From NCBI GenBank assembly GCA_964513505.1, contig CAZENL010000004.1, forward strand, positions 1 to 62,411: 62,411 nucleotides of DNA. Direction: 5' to 3'. The position numbers and the translations under genes are program-made. The notes beneath the pieces are model-generated. The model had not been told where the DNA came from. It made no database searches and saw only the letters and a program-made list of their open reading frames with translations. This stretch comes from an uncultured Anaerolineaceae bacterium (lineage in GTDB: Bacteria > Chloroflexota > Limnocylindria > Limnocylindrales > CSP1-4). Below are positions 35,707 through 45,500 of this stretch, piece by piece. Position 1 is the stretch's first letter, and every line of letters begins with the position of its first letter.

Positions 35707-38186
35707 GACGCCATCGCCTTCATCGCCCGGGAGCCGTTCCGCATCTTGCCGGCCAGCATCCCAACCAGCGTGTCGGCATGATCCTCCAGCTTGCCGGCGA
35801 AGCTGGCGCTGTCGAGCGTCTCCGCATGAACATGGGCGTGCAGGTTGTAGGTATCCCCGCCGCCGCCACCACCGCCCCCGCCGCTTTCGAAGAAGTCGCG
35901 CATGGGATCGGCGATGTTGCGCGGCATGACGCTCTCCTCCTCATGGAGGTTATAGAGGCCGCCGCCGCCGACATTGTAGGAGCCGCCCTGGGCGGAAGTC
36001 AGCACATCGAAAGCCGAGACGGCCGTGAAGGCCACGCCGGCGGCGATCGGCGCGAGGATGGGGCCGACGATCGGGATGCCGACCACGGCGGAATAGGCAC
36101 CCGCCGCCGCCTTGTAGGCATCATTGAGGATCGAGGCGCTTCCCGACGCCACATCGGCGGCCGCGCCGGCGGCATGGGCCGCTTCCTTCGTGGCCAGGCG
36201 CGCGGCCTCGCCGGCAGCGGTGGCGCCCGTCTTCTGGCCTTCGGTGAGCAGATGGACGAGGAGGCCGCCCTTCGCCGTCATTTCATCCGAATTGAGGCCG
36301 AGCTGATTGTAGAGAACCTTGGCGGTGTAATACTCCAGATCCGAGGCAATCTCGTCCTCGACTTCCCGCTGGGCGAACTGCGCCAGCGATTGCGTGAGGT
36401 TGCCGCGGCCGGAGAAGATGCCCTGCACAAGCTGGCGCTCGGCCGAAGTGATGGTGTTGACCATCGACTTATAATCGGCCGTCCGCTTGTTGAGCTCCTT
36501 GTTGTTATCGTCTGTTTCCTGCCGGCCGAGCGCCGCAAGCTCGGCGTGCTCGCGAGCCTTGATTTCCGCGATCTGATTTTCGGCCTTGTCGGCCGCCACC
36601 ACATCAGTCTCGTTGGCGAGCAGATCGGCATTGACGGCCAGAATGTCGAGGTCGGCCATTTCCTCGACGAGCTTCTCCTCGATTTTGAGCTTCTGCTGCG
36701 CGGTGATTTCATGGGCGGCAACCTCGCGATCGAGGTCTTGTTTCTTGGCCTCCAGCCCGATCTTGGAAATCGCGATCGTGCTCGCCAAATCCTGCCGGCG
36801 GATGGCGTCTTCCTGCTCCCCCTCATGCTTGAGCTCGGCGATGAGCTTCTCGCCCTTTTCCTTGCTGGTACGCGCCTCGTCGTTCATTTCCAGAACGGCG
36901 ATTTCGAGCTCCTCGGCCGCCAAGCGGCGGCGCTCGGCGAGGGTTTTCGCGTTGGCCGTCGCGTCGATCTTGTTGAGCTCTTCGGAGAGCTTCTGGGCGG
37001 CGGCAAGGAATGGCGAGGCGTCCTGGCCGGATAGCTGGGCCGCGGCAGCATTGGCCTGCTGCTGGATTAACTCCTTTTGGAGCGTCTGCTGTTCGGTGAG
37101 CTTGTCGTTGATCTTCGCGGCCGCTTCTAGCTGGGCCTTATAACCAGCGGCCGCCTCCTGCTGGCCCTGCGTTGCCTCATCCTTGCGGATCTGCGCTAGG
37201 CGTTGCTCGGCCGCCTCTAGCTGGTTAAGAAGCGCGAGCTGTGTCTGCCCGGATGATGGTCCGATCCCGACAGTGGCGAGCTCAGCTTTGATCGATTTTA
37301 TGTTCTGGAGTTCGTCATAGACCTTGTCGCCCAGCGACTTTTCATAGGTGCCGGTATTCTGGAAGAGGTCTTTCAGAATTTCCGAGACGGCCTTCGCTTG
37401 CTGGCCCGTCTCGATCAAGTTCTGGATGTTCTGAAACTGCTGCGGCTGTAGATTGAGCAGCTCCCGGTCGAGCTTCTCGAAGCCCTCCATGTTGAGATTG
37501 GTCAGGCTCTCGCTCAGCTTGCCGACCGCCTCCGGGCCTTCCTTGCCGTAAAGGCGGATAAAGGCGGGAAGAAGCTGCTCTGTTTCGGCAGCGAGCGTCG
37601 CGCTGATATCGGCGTGGGTGGCGATGAAGTGCTCGAAGGCGTTCGCGGCGTCCTTCGTCACCCCGGGCATCTGCCGCATCAAATCAAGATTGAGCGCAAC
37701 CTCTTCCTTGGAGAATGTCGCGCCCCGGCCAGTCAGCTCGAAGCCACTGGCTAGATTGTCGAGGTTTTTCTTTGCCTCTAGCGACTCATAAATCAGGTAG
37801 CCGATACCACCGACGAGCGCGAGCGTGGCCGCGCCAGCGATCAGCATGGCCGAGGAGGCGCCGGTCAGCGCCTGCACTTCGATCATCAAGGAGCCGGGGA
37901 TGCGGGAGAGGCGGCCGGAGAGCGCTTCGTGGGCGATAACCATCGCCTCGGTGACGGCGCGGTTCTTCCCCATGTGGCCGCTTGCCACTTCGGCCGCGTC
38001 GCCGACTTCCTGAATTGCCGGCGCGACTTTCTGGGCGGCGACGGCGCCGGCCGTGAGCTTGGCGCCCCAAGCCTCGGCCGCGACATTCATCGCATTGATT
38101 TCATCCGTCGCCGCAGCGGTGCTCGCCGCCAGGCTGGGATCGATCGTGCCGGTAATCCTGACTTCAACCGTTCCGCCGGATGACAT
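35703..38186 (-). CDS. tape measure protein
   Basis: 827 aa, Ala-rich and helical, between the chaperones and Dit; ends AQGGSYNVGGGG..LHEEESVMP. About 120 nm tail by the ~0.15 nm/aa rule of thumb. Confidence 0.9.
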   Translation of the reverse strand: MSSGGTVEVRITGTIDPSLAASTAAATDEINAMNVAAEAWGAKLTAGAVAAQKVAPAIQEVGDAAEVASGHMGKNRAVTEAMVIAHEALSGRLSRIPGSLMIEVQALTGASSAMLIAGAATLALVGGIGYLIYESLEAKKNLDNLASGFELTGRGATFSKEEVALNLDLMRQMPGVTKDAANAFEHFIATHADISATLAAETEQLLPAFIRLYGKEGPEAVGKLSESLTNLNMEGFEKLDRELLNLQPQQFQNIQNLIETGQQAKAVSEILKDLFQNTGTYEKSLGDKVYDELQNIKSIKAELATVGIGPSSGQTQLALLNQLEAAEQRLAQIRKDEATQGQQEAAAGYKAQLEAAAKINDKLTEQQTLQKELIQQQANAAAAQLSGQDASPFLAAAQKLSEELNKIDATANAKTLAERRRLAAEELEIAVLEMNDEARTSKEKGEKLIAELKHEGEQEDAIRRQDLASTIAISKIGLEAKKQDLDREVAAHEITAQQKLKIEEKLVEEMADLDILAVNADLLANETDVVAADKAENQIAEIKAREHAELAALGRQETDDNNKELNKRTADYKSMVNTITSAERQLVQGIFSGRGNLTQSLAQFAQREVEDEIASDLEYYTAKVLYNQLGLNSDEMTAKGGLLVHLLTEGQKTGATAAGEAARLATKEAAHAAGAAADVASGSASILNDAYKAAAGAYSAVVGIPIVGPILAPIAAGVAFTAVSAFDVLTSAQGGSYNVGGGGLYNLHEEESVMPRNIADPMRDFFESGGGGGGGGGDTYNLHAHVHAETLDSASFAGKLEDHADTLVGMLAGKMRNGSRAMKAMAS

Positions 38187-38878
38187 TTATTCCTCAAACT
38201 CTGGGAGTGTTGCAGCCTCGGGGATTTGGGGCTCTGGCTCAGGCTCGGTGCTTGGGCGACGCCAGCCAAGGCGCGCCTCGAAATACATCGCGAGGAAATA
38301 CTCGGGCGGCGGGTCTTGGGCGAGAACCTTTCGCTGAGCTCGCAGGCGCCGCATCGTCAGAGCGTCTTCCCAATAATCCGGCGTGCAGCCGAAATATCGG
38401 CAGGATCGGGCGATGATCGCGTCCCAATCCCACTCAGGCTCTAAGCGACGGGCGCGGGCACTTCCCCCGGCTCTTCGCCCTCCTGGGGCGCGTCGCCGTC
38501 TTTGGGCGCATCTGGCGCCTTCCTCGGCACCAGCACGAAGAGGCCGGATTGCCGGCGCACGATCAGGAAGGCGGCGAAGAGCTGGGAGTCCTTGGGCTTC
38601 AGCTCGTCGAAGGCCTCGCGGGTGAGCTCGGGCTCGGCGCGGGTCAGGCCCCAGAATACCACATCGAGCATATCGCCATACATTGCGTCCGGCATGTGGA
38701 CGAAGCGATAGCCGGCGGTCTGCCCTTCCTTCGTCTCGGCGTTGGTGCCGTCGAGAAAATCGGTGATGGCGATGATCTTCGCCCGCACATTCCTGAGCTG
38801 CTTGGCGCCCAGCTCGGGGAGTTGCCATTCGCGGCCGCCATAAATGACGGGTAAAACTTCCTCTTGCTGCTCACTCAT
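38187..38878 (-). CDS. tail assembly chaperone, -1 frameshift-extended (GT) form
   Basis: The -1 frame is open to 38187 (EWDWDAIIARSCRYFG..WEDALTMRRL) and has no start of its own. Confidence 0.65.
38441..38878 (-). CDS. tail assembly chaperone (G form)
   Basis: 145 aa, upstream of the TMP. Confidence 0.75.
   Translation of the reverse strand: MSEQQEEVLPVIYGGREWQLPELGAKQLRNVRAKIIAITDFLDGTNAETKEGQTAGYRFVHMPDAMYGDMLDVVFWGLTRAEPELTREAFDELKPKDSQLFAAFLIVRRQSGLFVLVPRKAPDAPKDGDAPQEGEEPGEVPAPVA
38462..38468 (-). other. programmed -1 frameshift slippery site GGGGGAA
   Basis: CCG GGG GAA lies 7 codons before the G stop, as in other G/GT chaperone pairs. Confidence 0.6.
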
Positions 38879-39228
38879 TGAAAAGCTCGGACCTTTCGGG
38901 CCGCCTCCTTGGCTTCGGGAACGCTCGCGACTCCTTGTACCCCAACCTTTGGGATTATCAAGGAACTGTCGAGGTACTTATCCCCGAGCCGCGTGAGCGC
39001 CTCCAGAAGAGCGTGGCGGTTAAGCGCGATATCGATCGGCGTCTCGTAGCGGAGCGGCGGCTGCATCCGGCGGAAGCGATATTCCGCGATCTTCTTGCCG
39101 ACGAAGGCGATCGCGGCGCGGGCCTCCAGCTCCGAAAGCGAAAACGCCACCATGATATCCGCGATCGGGACACCATTGATGGCGTTTTCAAAGACGAGCC
39201 GGCGCATCGCGCCGGTGATGACGGCCAC
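38875..39228 (-). CDS. hypothetical between tail tube and chaperone
   Basis: Start uncertain (GTG 39228 or ATG 39207); ATGA-coupled to the TAC. Confidence 0.55.
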   Translation of the reverse strand: MAVITGAMRRLVFENAINGVPIADIMVAFSLSELEARAAIAFVGKKIAEYRFRRMQPPLRYETPIDIALNRHALLEALTRLGDKYLDSSLIIPKVGVQGVASVPEAKEAARKVRAFQ

Positions 39229-39232
39229 GGCT

Positions 39233-39985
39233 TTATGCCGCTTCGGCGAAGGACATGGTGCCGAGCTGGCCGGTGGTATCGACGGCCGACATGAAGCCAA
39301 AGGTCGGCTTGGTGTAATCGTCCAGCTTGGTGGCCAGGCCGGTATCCGTCGCGATGTTGTTGTTGAGGGTGAGCACGGACTGTTCCGTTCCCCAAACGAA
39401 CTGCATCACGGCGGTGAAGTTGCCGATCTTTCCCATCGGCTGATTGGTGATCGTCACCAGCTCGCCCGGGGTGGCCACCGTGTATTGATAGCTGATCGCC
39501 ACCGGCGTGTTGGCATCGGCCGCCGCGAAGGTATAGGTGCCGGCAGCGACCGAATACTGGCCAGTGACGGGGCCCGCGGCGACGCGGACCATCATCAAGC
39601 CAGTGGTCAGATTGCGGACGCCGAGGTTGACGGTCCATGTGCCGGCATTCGTCACCGCCACGGTATAGGGGCCAGCGCCCGGGATGGCCTGAAGCTCGCT
39701 GTTGGCGATATTGATCTGGCCAGCCACGCCCGTCACGCCGAAGAGAAGATCGGCGAACATGCGGGCATTGAGCGTGCCCATCGTCACCTTGCCGGAGATT
39801 TCCATCGTGCCAGAGCAAACATCCTCGGCGAGCTGGTTTTCGCCGAAGAGCGACTTGCCCGAGCGCTTGAAGTCGATCGATTGATCCTGCGGCACGGAGA
39901 AGCGCGTCGGCGTCGGCACCACCACGTTGTTGATGCCGAAGAAGCGCCCGGCGGCGAAGGCCTTCTGGCCATTAACTGCGGTCAT
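39233..39985 (-). CDS. major tail tube protein
   Basis: Position plus beta-rich sequence (QDQSIDF...LFGENQ...ISGK); no sheath gene nearby. Confidence 0.8.
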   Translation of the reverse strand: MTAVNGQKAFAAGRFFGINNVVVPTPTRFSVPQDQSIDFKRSGKSLFGENQLAEDVCSGTMEISGKVTMGTLNARMFADLLFGVTGVAGQINIANSELQAIPGAGPYTVAVTNAGTWTVNLGVRNLTTGLMMVRVAAGPVTGQYSVAAGTYTFAAADANTPVAISYQYTVATPGELVTITNQPMGKIGNFTAVMQFVWGTEQSVLTLNNNIATDTGLATKLDDYTKPTFGFMSAVDTTGQLGTMSFAEAA

Positions 39986-40028
39986 GATTTCAAATCCTCT
40001 TCAAGTTGGAACGGGTTGCGGGCGGCCT

Positions 40029-40202
40029 TTAGGACTTCGGGGCCAGGAGAGCCTTGAGCTTCTCCTTCGCCGTGAAGGCCTGATTGTAGGTTTCGGTGTT
40101 CTGGGCGATCGGCCCGTTGGAGAAGCTGGCCAGAAACCACGCATCGATCTGCGCCGCGGTTGTCGGGGCGGCGGCGGTCTGGGTGTCGGTATCGTTCGGC
40201 AT
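40029..40202 (-). CDS. 57-aa hypothetical (below ORF-track cutoff)
   Basis: Hand translation ...IDAWFLASFSNGPIAQNTETYNQAFTAKEKLKALLAPKS; GGAG RBS. Confidence 0.6.
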   Translation of the reverse strand: MPNDTDTQTAAAPTTAAQIDAWFLASFSNGPIAQNTETYNQAFTAKEKLKALLAPKS

Positions 40203-40212
40203 GGCTCAGCTC

Positions 40213-40695
40213 CTAGCTGTTGGGAAGGATGATTTCGACGGGAAGATAATACGCCGACTGGCGCTGGTCTGTCTTGGTGGAATTGTCGCCGTGATCCTTG
40301 GCGGCTGTGCCCTTGACCACGACGCGGGTGACGAGGCCGCCGAGCGTCTGCTCATCATCCTGCGGATTTGGCGGCAGGAGCGCCGCCTCGACGGCATCGG
40401 CCAGCGGATTGAGAATGGTGGAGCCAGGCACATCGGGCGGGTGGGTCGCGCCGATGATGAAGATCGTTGTCCACTTCTTCGAGCTGAGGCTGGTGCCTTG
40501 AAACAGCGTCTCCTCATTCCACTCGTACATCATCAAGATCGGCTGATCGGCCGGATCGATGCGCTGGACTTCCTTGATGGTCCGCGTCACCAGCCGGAAG
40601 GGCTTGGGGGCCAGGAGCTTTCCCTGCGGCAAGCCCTGAAGCGGGAGCACCAGCTTGAATAGGGCCTGATAAATGGCCTCGCGCGGCGCCGTCAT
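40213..40695 (-). CDS. tail terminator-like protein
   Basis: REAIYQALF..., TLGGLV; canonical position. Confidence 0.7.
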   Translation of the reverse strand: MTAPREAIYQALFKLVLPLQGLPQGKLLAPKPFRLVTRTIKEVQRIDPADQPILMMYEWNEETLFQGTSLSSKKWTTIFIIGATHPPDVPGSTILNPLADAVEAALLPPNPQDDEQTLGGLVTRVVVKGTAAKDHGDNSTKTDQRQSAYYLPVEIILPNS

Positions 40696-40696
40696 T

Positions 40697-41224
40697 TTAT
40701 CGAGTCCCCAGCGATGAGCCCAGAATTACGTCATCGACGATCGCGCGCATCCCGTTATTGAACGGGCCGAGCTGGCGGGCGAGCGCAAAGCGCATGTAAG
40801 GGTGCTCCGGGATCGGGATCGGGTGCGGCTTGGTCTTGCGGGTAAAGACCATCGTGCCTTGCTGGATGCCGCCTGAGAAGCCCCCGCCATTGCCGACGAA
40901 GAAAGCCTGAAACTTGTCGGAGCCGGGGTGCTGGATAACGCCCCCCTCCTCCTGAATTCTGGCGTAGGGAATGGCGATGCCATCGATCCAAACGACGCCG
41001 CTGATCCGGCCGGCCGTCTCTTCCTGCATTTGAGCCTGGACGGCGTTATACATCGGCCCTTCGCCGGTGCGGAACATCGAGAGGATGTTGGACTTCACGC
41101 CATCGCGGAGGGCGAGCGTTTGGTCGGCTATGAAGCCGCGCATCCGGGTTTGTATTTCCGGCGCCAATCCCATGAGGTTGACCATCGCCTCGCGCGCACC
41201 GATGAGAACCGCCCGGATCGGCAT
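40697..41224 (-). CDS. HK97 gp10-like tail completion protein
   Basis: IPYARIQEEGG, IPEHPYMRFAL. Confidence 0.7.
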   Translation of the reverse strand: MPIRAVLIGAREAMVNLMGLAPEIQTRMRGFIADQTLALRDGVKSNILSMFRTGEGPMYNAVQAQMQEETAGRISGVVWIDGIAIPYARIQEEGGVIQHPGSDKFQAFFVGNGGGFSGGIQQGTMVFTRKTKPHPIPIPEHPYMRFALARQLGPFNNGMRAIVDDVILGSSLGTR

Positions 41225-42066
41225 TAGATCGGCGGCGTCTCGTTGCCCGATTGCGACACCGGGATTTCGTTATCGTCCATGCCGATATTGAACTGCGGCG
41301 TGACGCGATCGGGATTGAGCTCCTGAAGGAGCTTGTCCGACTGGCTGATCCCGCCGGCATAGGGCATCGCGCCGGCGCCGGTGAGGAGCGCCTGATTGTC
41401 ATACTCGATCGCCGCCTGCCGATAGGCGCGGGACCGGGCGCTGAGCGTGGTGCGGAGGTCGCGATCGACGGTATCGGCTTCCCGGGCGAACTTGGCGGCC
41501 AGGCTCCGGCAGAGCACGGCGGCGGCGCCATAGGAGGAGGAGCGAAGATTGATCGCGTGCAGGATTTCCGGGTCCGTGAACTGCTGATCCTTATAAACCG
41601 TGTCGCCGATCAGGAAGCGCACGCTGTCCTTGGCGCACAGGCGCGGATCGCCGGAATAAGTCCAGAGCGGCGACTGGCGCACCGAAAGGCGGCCGATCTG
41701 GCTGGTGGCCACCTGATCGTCCAGCGTCGTGAGCCGGATCGAGTAGATGTAGAAGGCCATGAGCGCGGCCGTCTCAGCCGCGGTCAGGATGAGCTTGAAC
41801 TGGCCAGAGCTGCCATCGCCAACCACCGTGATGCCGTCGCCGACCGTCTTGGTGATGACGGCGGCGCTTTGAAGATCGCGCTGGATCGTGAAGGCGATGC
41901 CGAGGGTCGAAAGATTGACGGGCTCGGGCGGATCATCGCCGTTCTGGACGGTGAAGAAGAAGCAAACGGAGTCGCCGGTAAAGAAGTTGATATCGGCTTC
42001 CGTCACCGCGACGAGGAGCCCCGCGGAGTTCTGGAAGAAGAAAAAGAAGATCGGGCCGGTTGCCAT
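41224..42066 (-). CDS. head-tail adaptor with extra N-terminal BppU-like beta domain
   Basis: C-half WTYSGDP..VRFLIGDT..FTDPEI..AAAVLCRSLAAKFAR. N-half GDS..F.V...GITV.....GQFKLILTAAETAAL..YSIRL. Confidence 0.65.
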   Translation of the reverse strand: MATGPIFFFFFQNSAGLLVAVTEADINFFTGDSVCFFFTVQNGDDPPEPVNLSTLGIAFTIQRDLQSAAVITKTVGDGITVVGDGSSGQFKLILTAAETAALMAFYIYSIRLTTLDDQVATSQIGRLSVRQSPLWTYSGDPRLCAKDSVRFLIGDTVYKDQQFTDPEILHAINLRSSSYGAAAVLCRSLAAKFAREADTVDRDLRTTLSARSRAYRQAAIEYDNQALLTGAGAMPYAGGISQSDKLLQELNPDRVTPQFNIGMDDNEIPVSQSGNETPPI

Positions 42067-42525
42067 TTAGGCGAAGAAGCCGGCCGCGAAGTGGCCAGTT
42101 GCGATCGTGCTGAAAAGCTGGATGGCCCCGAGATAGGCGGGCGAGCCGCCATCGTCCCACTTGCCGCCGGGATAGTCCTGAGCCCCGGCCGGCTCCAGCC
42201 ACACCACCGCGCCGCCGTCGAATGTCAGCCTCAGAGGGGCCACATCGAGGTTCTGCACATAGCGGCGCTTGGCGGTCGGCTGGTCAGGAAGCGTCGCTGC
42301 CCCGGCAACGAGAGCGCCTGATCCATCCACTGTGCCAGCCGTTGCGGTGGCCGGGCTGAAAGAGACCGGCAGGCGGTAGCCTGGCGCATCATCGACCACA
42401 ACCTCGGAGCCATCCGGCCCCCACGCCATGAGGTTGATGACGGAATAAACGCTGCCGGCGACGCGGGCCCAGAATGTCGGGCCCGTTCCGATTTGTGCGC
42501 CAGCTTCAACGCCTGTTTTCGGCAT
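42067..42525 (-). CDS. putative virion accessory beta-sandwich protein
   Basis: Beta-rich; lies between the fibre and the adaptor. Confidence 0.55.
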   Translation of the reverse strand: MPKTGVEAGAQIGTGPTFWARVAGSVYSVINLMAWGPDGSEVVVDDAPGYRLPVSFSPATATAGTVDGSGALVAGAATLPDQPTAKRRYVQNLDVAPLRLTFDGGAVVWLEPAGAQDYPGGKWDDGGSPAYLGAIQLFSTIATGHFAAGFFA

Positions 42526-42540
42526 GGGGAAAGGCTCCTG

Positions 42541-45500
42541 TTAGCTGGCTTTGCGGAGGGTGGCGTGGATCGGCTGAGGATTGTCGTTCGCAGCCTTCAT
42601 CTTGAGCACGATGGCCGTCAAGGCCTCGACCTTGGCGCTGAGCTGGGCGCTCGCCTTGAGCTGGCCCTGGAGCTGGGCGATCTGCGCGCCCTGCTTCTTG
42701 ACCGTCGCCTCCAGCGCCGTGATCCGGCCGTCCTCGACCGCCTTAAGCGAGTAGAGGTCTTTGACGCCCCAGAGAGCGAGGAAAGCGAACGGCTCAGAGG
42801 CGGCGTGCCATAGGTCGTTCTTTTCCTGCGGGGGGGTAACGGCCCATCTTAGAGCCGCCGGCAGTGACGTATAAGCCTGCTGTGCGAAGACGCCAAAACG
42901 ACGCTCGGAAGGTCCGGTTTTTTGTATGTTCTGGTAGCGGTCGAACTCCGAAAGGTCGAGCGCTGCAATAGATTTGCGATACTCAGATTGATCCATTGCG
43001 CGCCTGATCTTTGTCCGAGCGTCAGAGATCGTCCCGTAGGTTCCGGTGATGTTGAAGGTTGATCCGGTCTGAGTAGCCTCAAGAACGGCGGCGCCACCGC
43101 CCTCGTAGAGCTTCCAAAAATTGTTGCCGGTGCCCTGATAGAAAACATACGTTCCGTCAGAGATACCAAAGGCGTATTGGCCTCCCGTAACGTAGAGTTT
43201 GTTTGTTGGGGTCGGAAAGGTCGTGGCGCCGATCAAAACACCGCCCGATGAATAAATTGTCCCCGCGCCAGTATTCGTCGTGCCGCCGACGAGGAAGCTG
43301 CCGTCAGTGCCAAGGTGAACCTTCTCGAAGCCATTGATATATAGCTTGATCGGTGCGGCAACATTTGTGCCAATCCCAATTCCATTCGTCCCCGTCGTTT
43401 GGATAGAGAGGCTGTCAACGATATTCAGTCCTGTGCCGCCGCTGCCCGTACCCCAATGAACCATATAGCTGTCTGTTGAGCCATTGTTGGCATGGAAACC
43501 AGCGTAGGCATTTGCGCCTGAACTTGTATTTATGGTTTTAAATTCGGTCGCAGCAGTTTGGTTGATCGTCTGTGTTACCAAACCGCTGAAGGTTGCCGCC
43601 GGCGCTGCGATAGTGCCAGTGAATGTTGCCGCCCCCGACGAGAAAGAACCGTCTGCACCACCCGCGCCGTAAACCTTTAGATTGTAAGATGTTTGCGAAG
43701 CCGGCGCGCCTCCAATACTGACCGTCGAATTACCGCCATTCGGGTTCCACAAGATCGTGGTGTAGCCGCCATTGCCTTTCAGGATATTGTTGTCAAATTC
43801 TACTTGACCGCTAAACGTCGCCGCCGCCGCCGTCAGCGTCCCGGTAGTGGTCGGGCTGGCCGAGAACATGAAATTGCCGGTGCCCGTCGCTCCCGTGCTG
43901 GTCACACCCTCGAACGTGGTGTGGCCGGTGACCGAAAGGGTGCCACCCAGCTTGGTTGCGCCGGCACCGACCCAAAGCGCATAGGGGTTGGTGATTGTGA
44001 CGCTGCCGGCGGCGAGCGGCGCGTTGTCGATATAGAGCGAGGCCGCGCTGTCGATCGTGACGGCCGAGCCATCGGTGATCGTCGGCTGATAGATCGAGAA
44101 CTTGTTGAAGCCCTTCGCCGTGGTGATGTGCGTGGTGCCGGTGACGGTGGTGGTCGCGCCGGTAACGTCCACATCATCGAGCGTGGCCGAGGCGGATGAG
44201 GCGATCGAGCTGGAGGCATTCGCCACCATCTGGGCCGTGCCGGTCAGGATGCCGGAGAAGTTGGCGGTCGCGGCGGTGAGTGTGCCCGTCAAAGTCTGAT
44301 TGGCGGAGAAGAGCAGGTTGCCCGTTCCGCTGGCGCCGGTCGGGGTGACGCCCTCGATCGTGGCATGGCCGGTGATATTCGGCGCATTGATGGTGGGCGT
44401 GGTCAGCGAGCCGTTGGTCGCGAAGACGAGGTTGCCGGTGCCGGTCTTGCCGGAGGCCACCGCCGTGTAGAAATCCGCGCCCGCCCCGCTGTTGAGGAAG
44501 GTCGCCATCCCCGCCGCCAGGCTGGAGACGCAGGAGCTGATCGAGCAGGCGGTGGCGTTAGTCAGGGTCAGCGAGGAGGGCGTGCCGCCCGCGCCATTGA
44601 ACAGCACCGGGGCGCCGGCCGAGCCGACATTGACCGCGAGCGCGGTCCCCACGCCGGTGCCGAGCCCTGTCAGGCCGCCGATCGGAAGGCCCGTCGCATT
44701 GGTCAGCGTGATCGAGGCCGGCGTGCCATAGGCGTTCGCGCCGCTGAAGGTCAGGGCGCCGGCGAGCGTCGAGCTGGAGGCGCCCAGCGCGATCGTGGTC
44801 GAGCCGATCGTGACGCTGGAATTGGTCAGCGACGCGTTGGCGATATTGCTGAGCGTGTTGCTGGAGCCGCTAATCGCCTTATTGGTCAGCGTCTGCGATC
44901 CGGTCAGCGTGGCGACGGTGCTGTCGATCGCGAACTGATTGGCGGAGAGCGTGAGGCCGGTGCCGGCGCTGTATTCGTTGACTCCCGCGATCTGGCCGAA
45001 GGTGATGTTTGTGACGCCGACCGTGATCGCGCTGGTGTTGGTATTCGTCCAGGCGGAGTTCTTCCAGAGCGTGCCGTTCTGGATGAAATAGGTCGAGGAG
45101 AGGATCTGCACCCCGGTGGTTGAGTCGGCGCAGCGCGTCCAGGCGCCGGCCGCCGAGACATAGCAGCCGTTGGTGGTCTGATCGGTTTCCGCCATGGCCA
45201 GCACGCGGCTGGCGCTGGTGAGCTGGCCGTCGATCGTCTGCTCGCCCGAGAGCGTGATGTTGGCCGTGGTGCGGACGAAAACCGCCTGCTTCCACTGGAT
45301 GCCATTGAGGGCGTTGGTGACGAAATTATAAACCGCGCTCTGAGTGGGGATGCGCGTCGCGCTCTGGGCCGCCAGCGCCGGATCATTGTCCACCACATTG
45401 GCCGCGAACATGGCCGTGGTCAGATTGGTGATCGAATTGTTGCTGGCGTTGATGCCCTTGTTGGTGAGCGTCTGGGAGCCCGAAAGCGTCGCCAGCGTCG

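Noticed and set aside
37060-37830. Slightly AT-richer segment inside the tape measure gene
   Set aside because: The shift is modest by eye and could not be quantified; TMP mosaicism is common.
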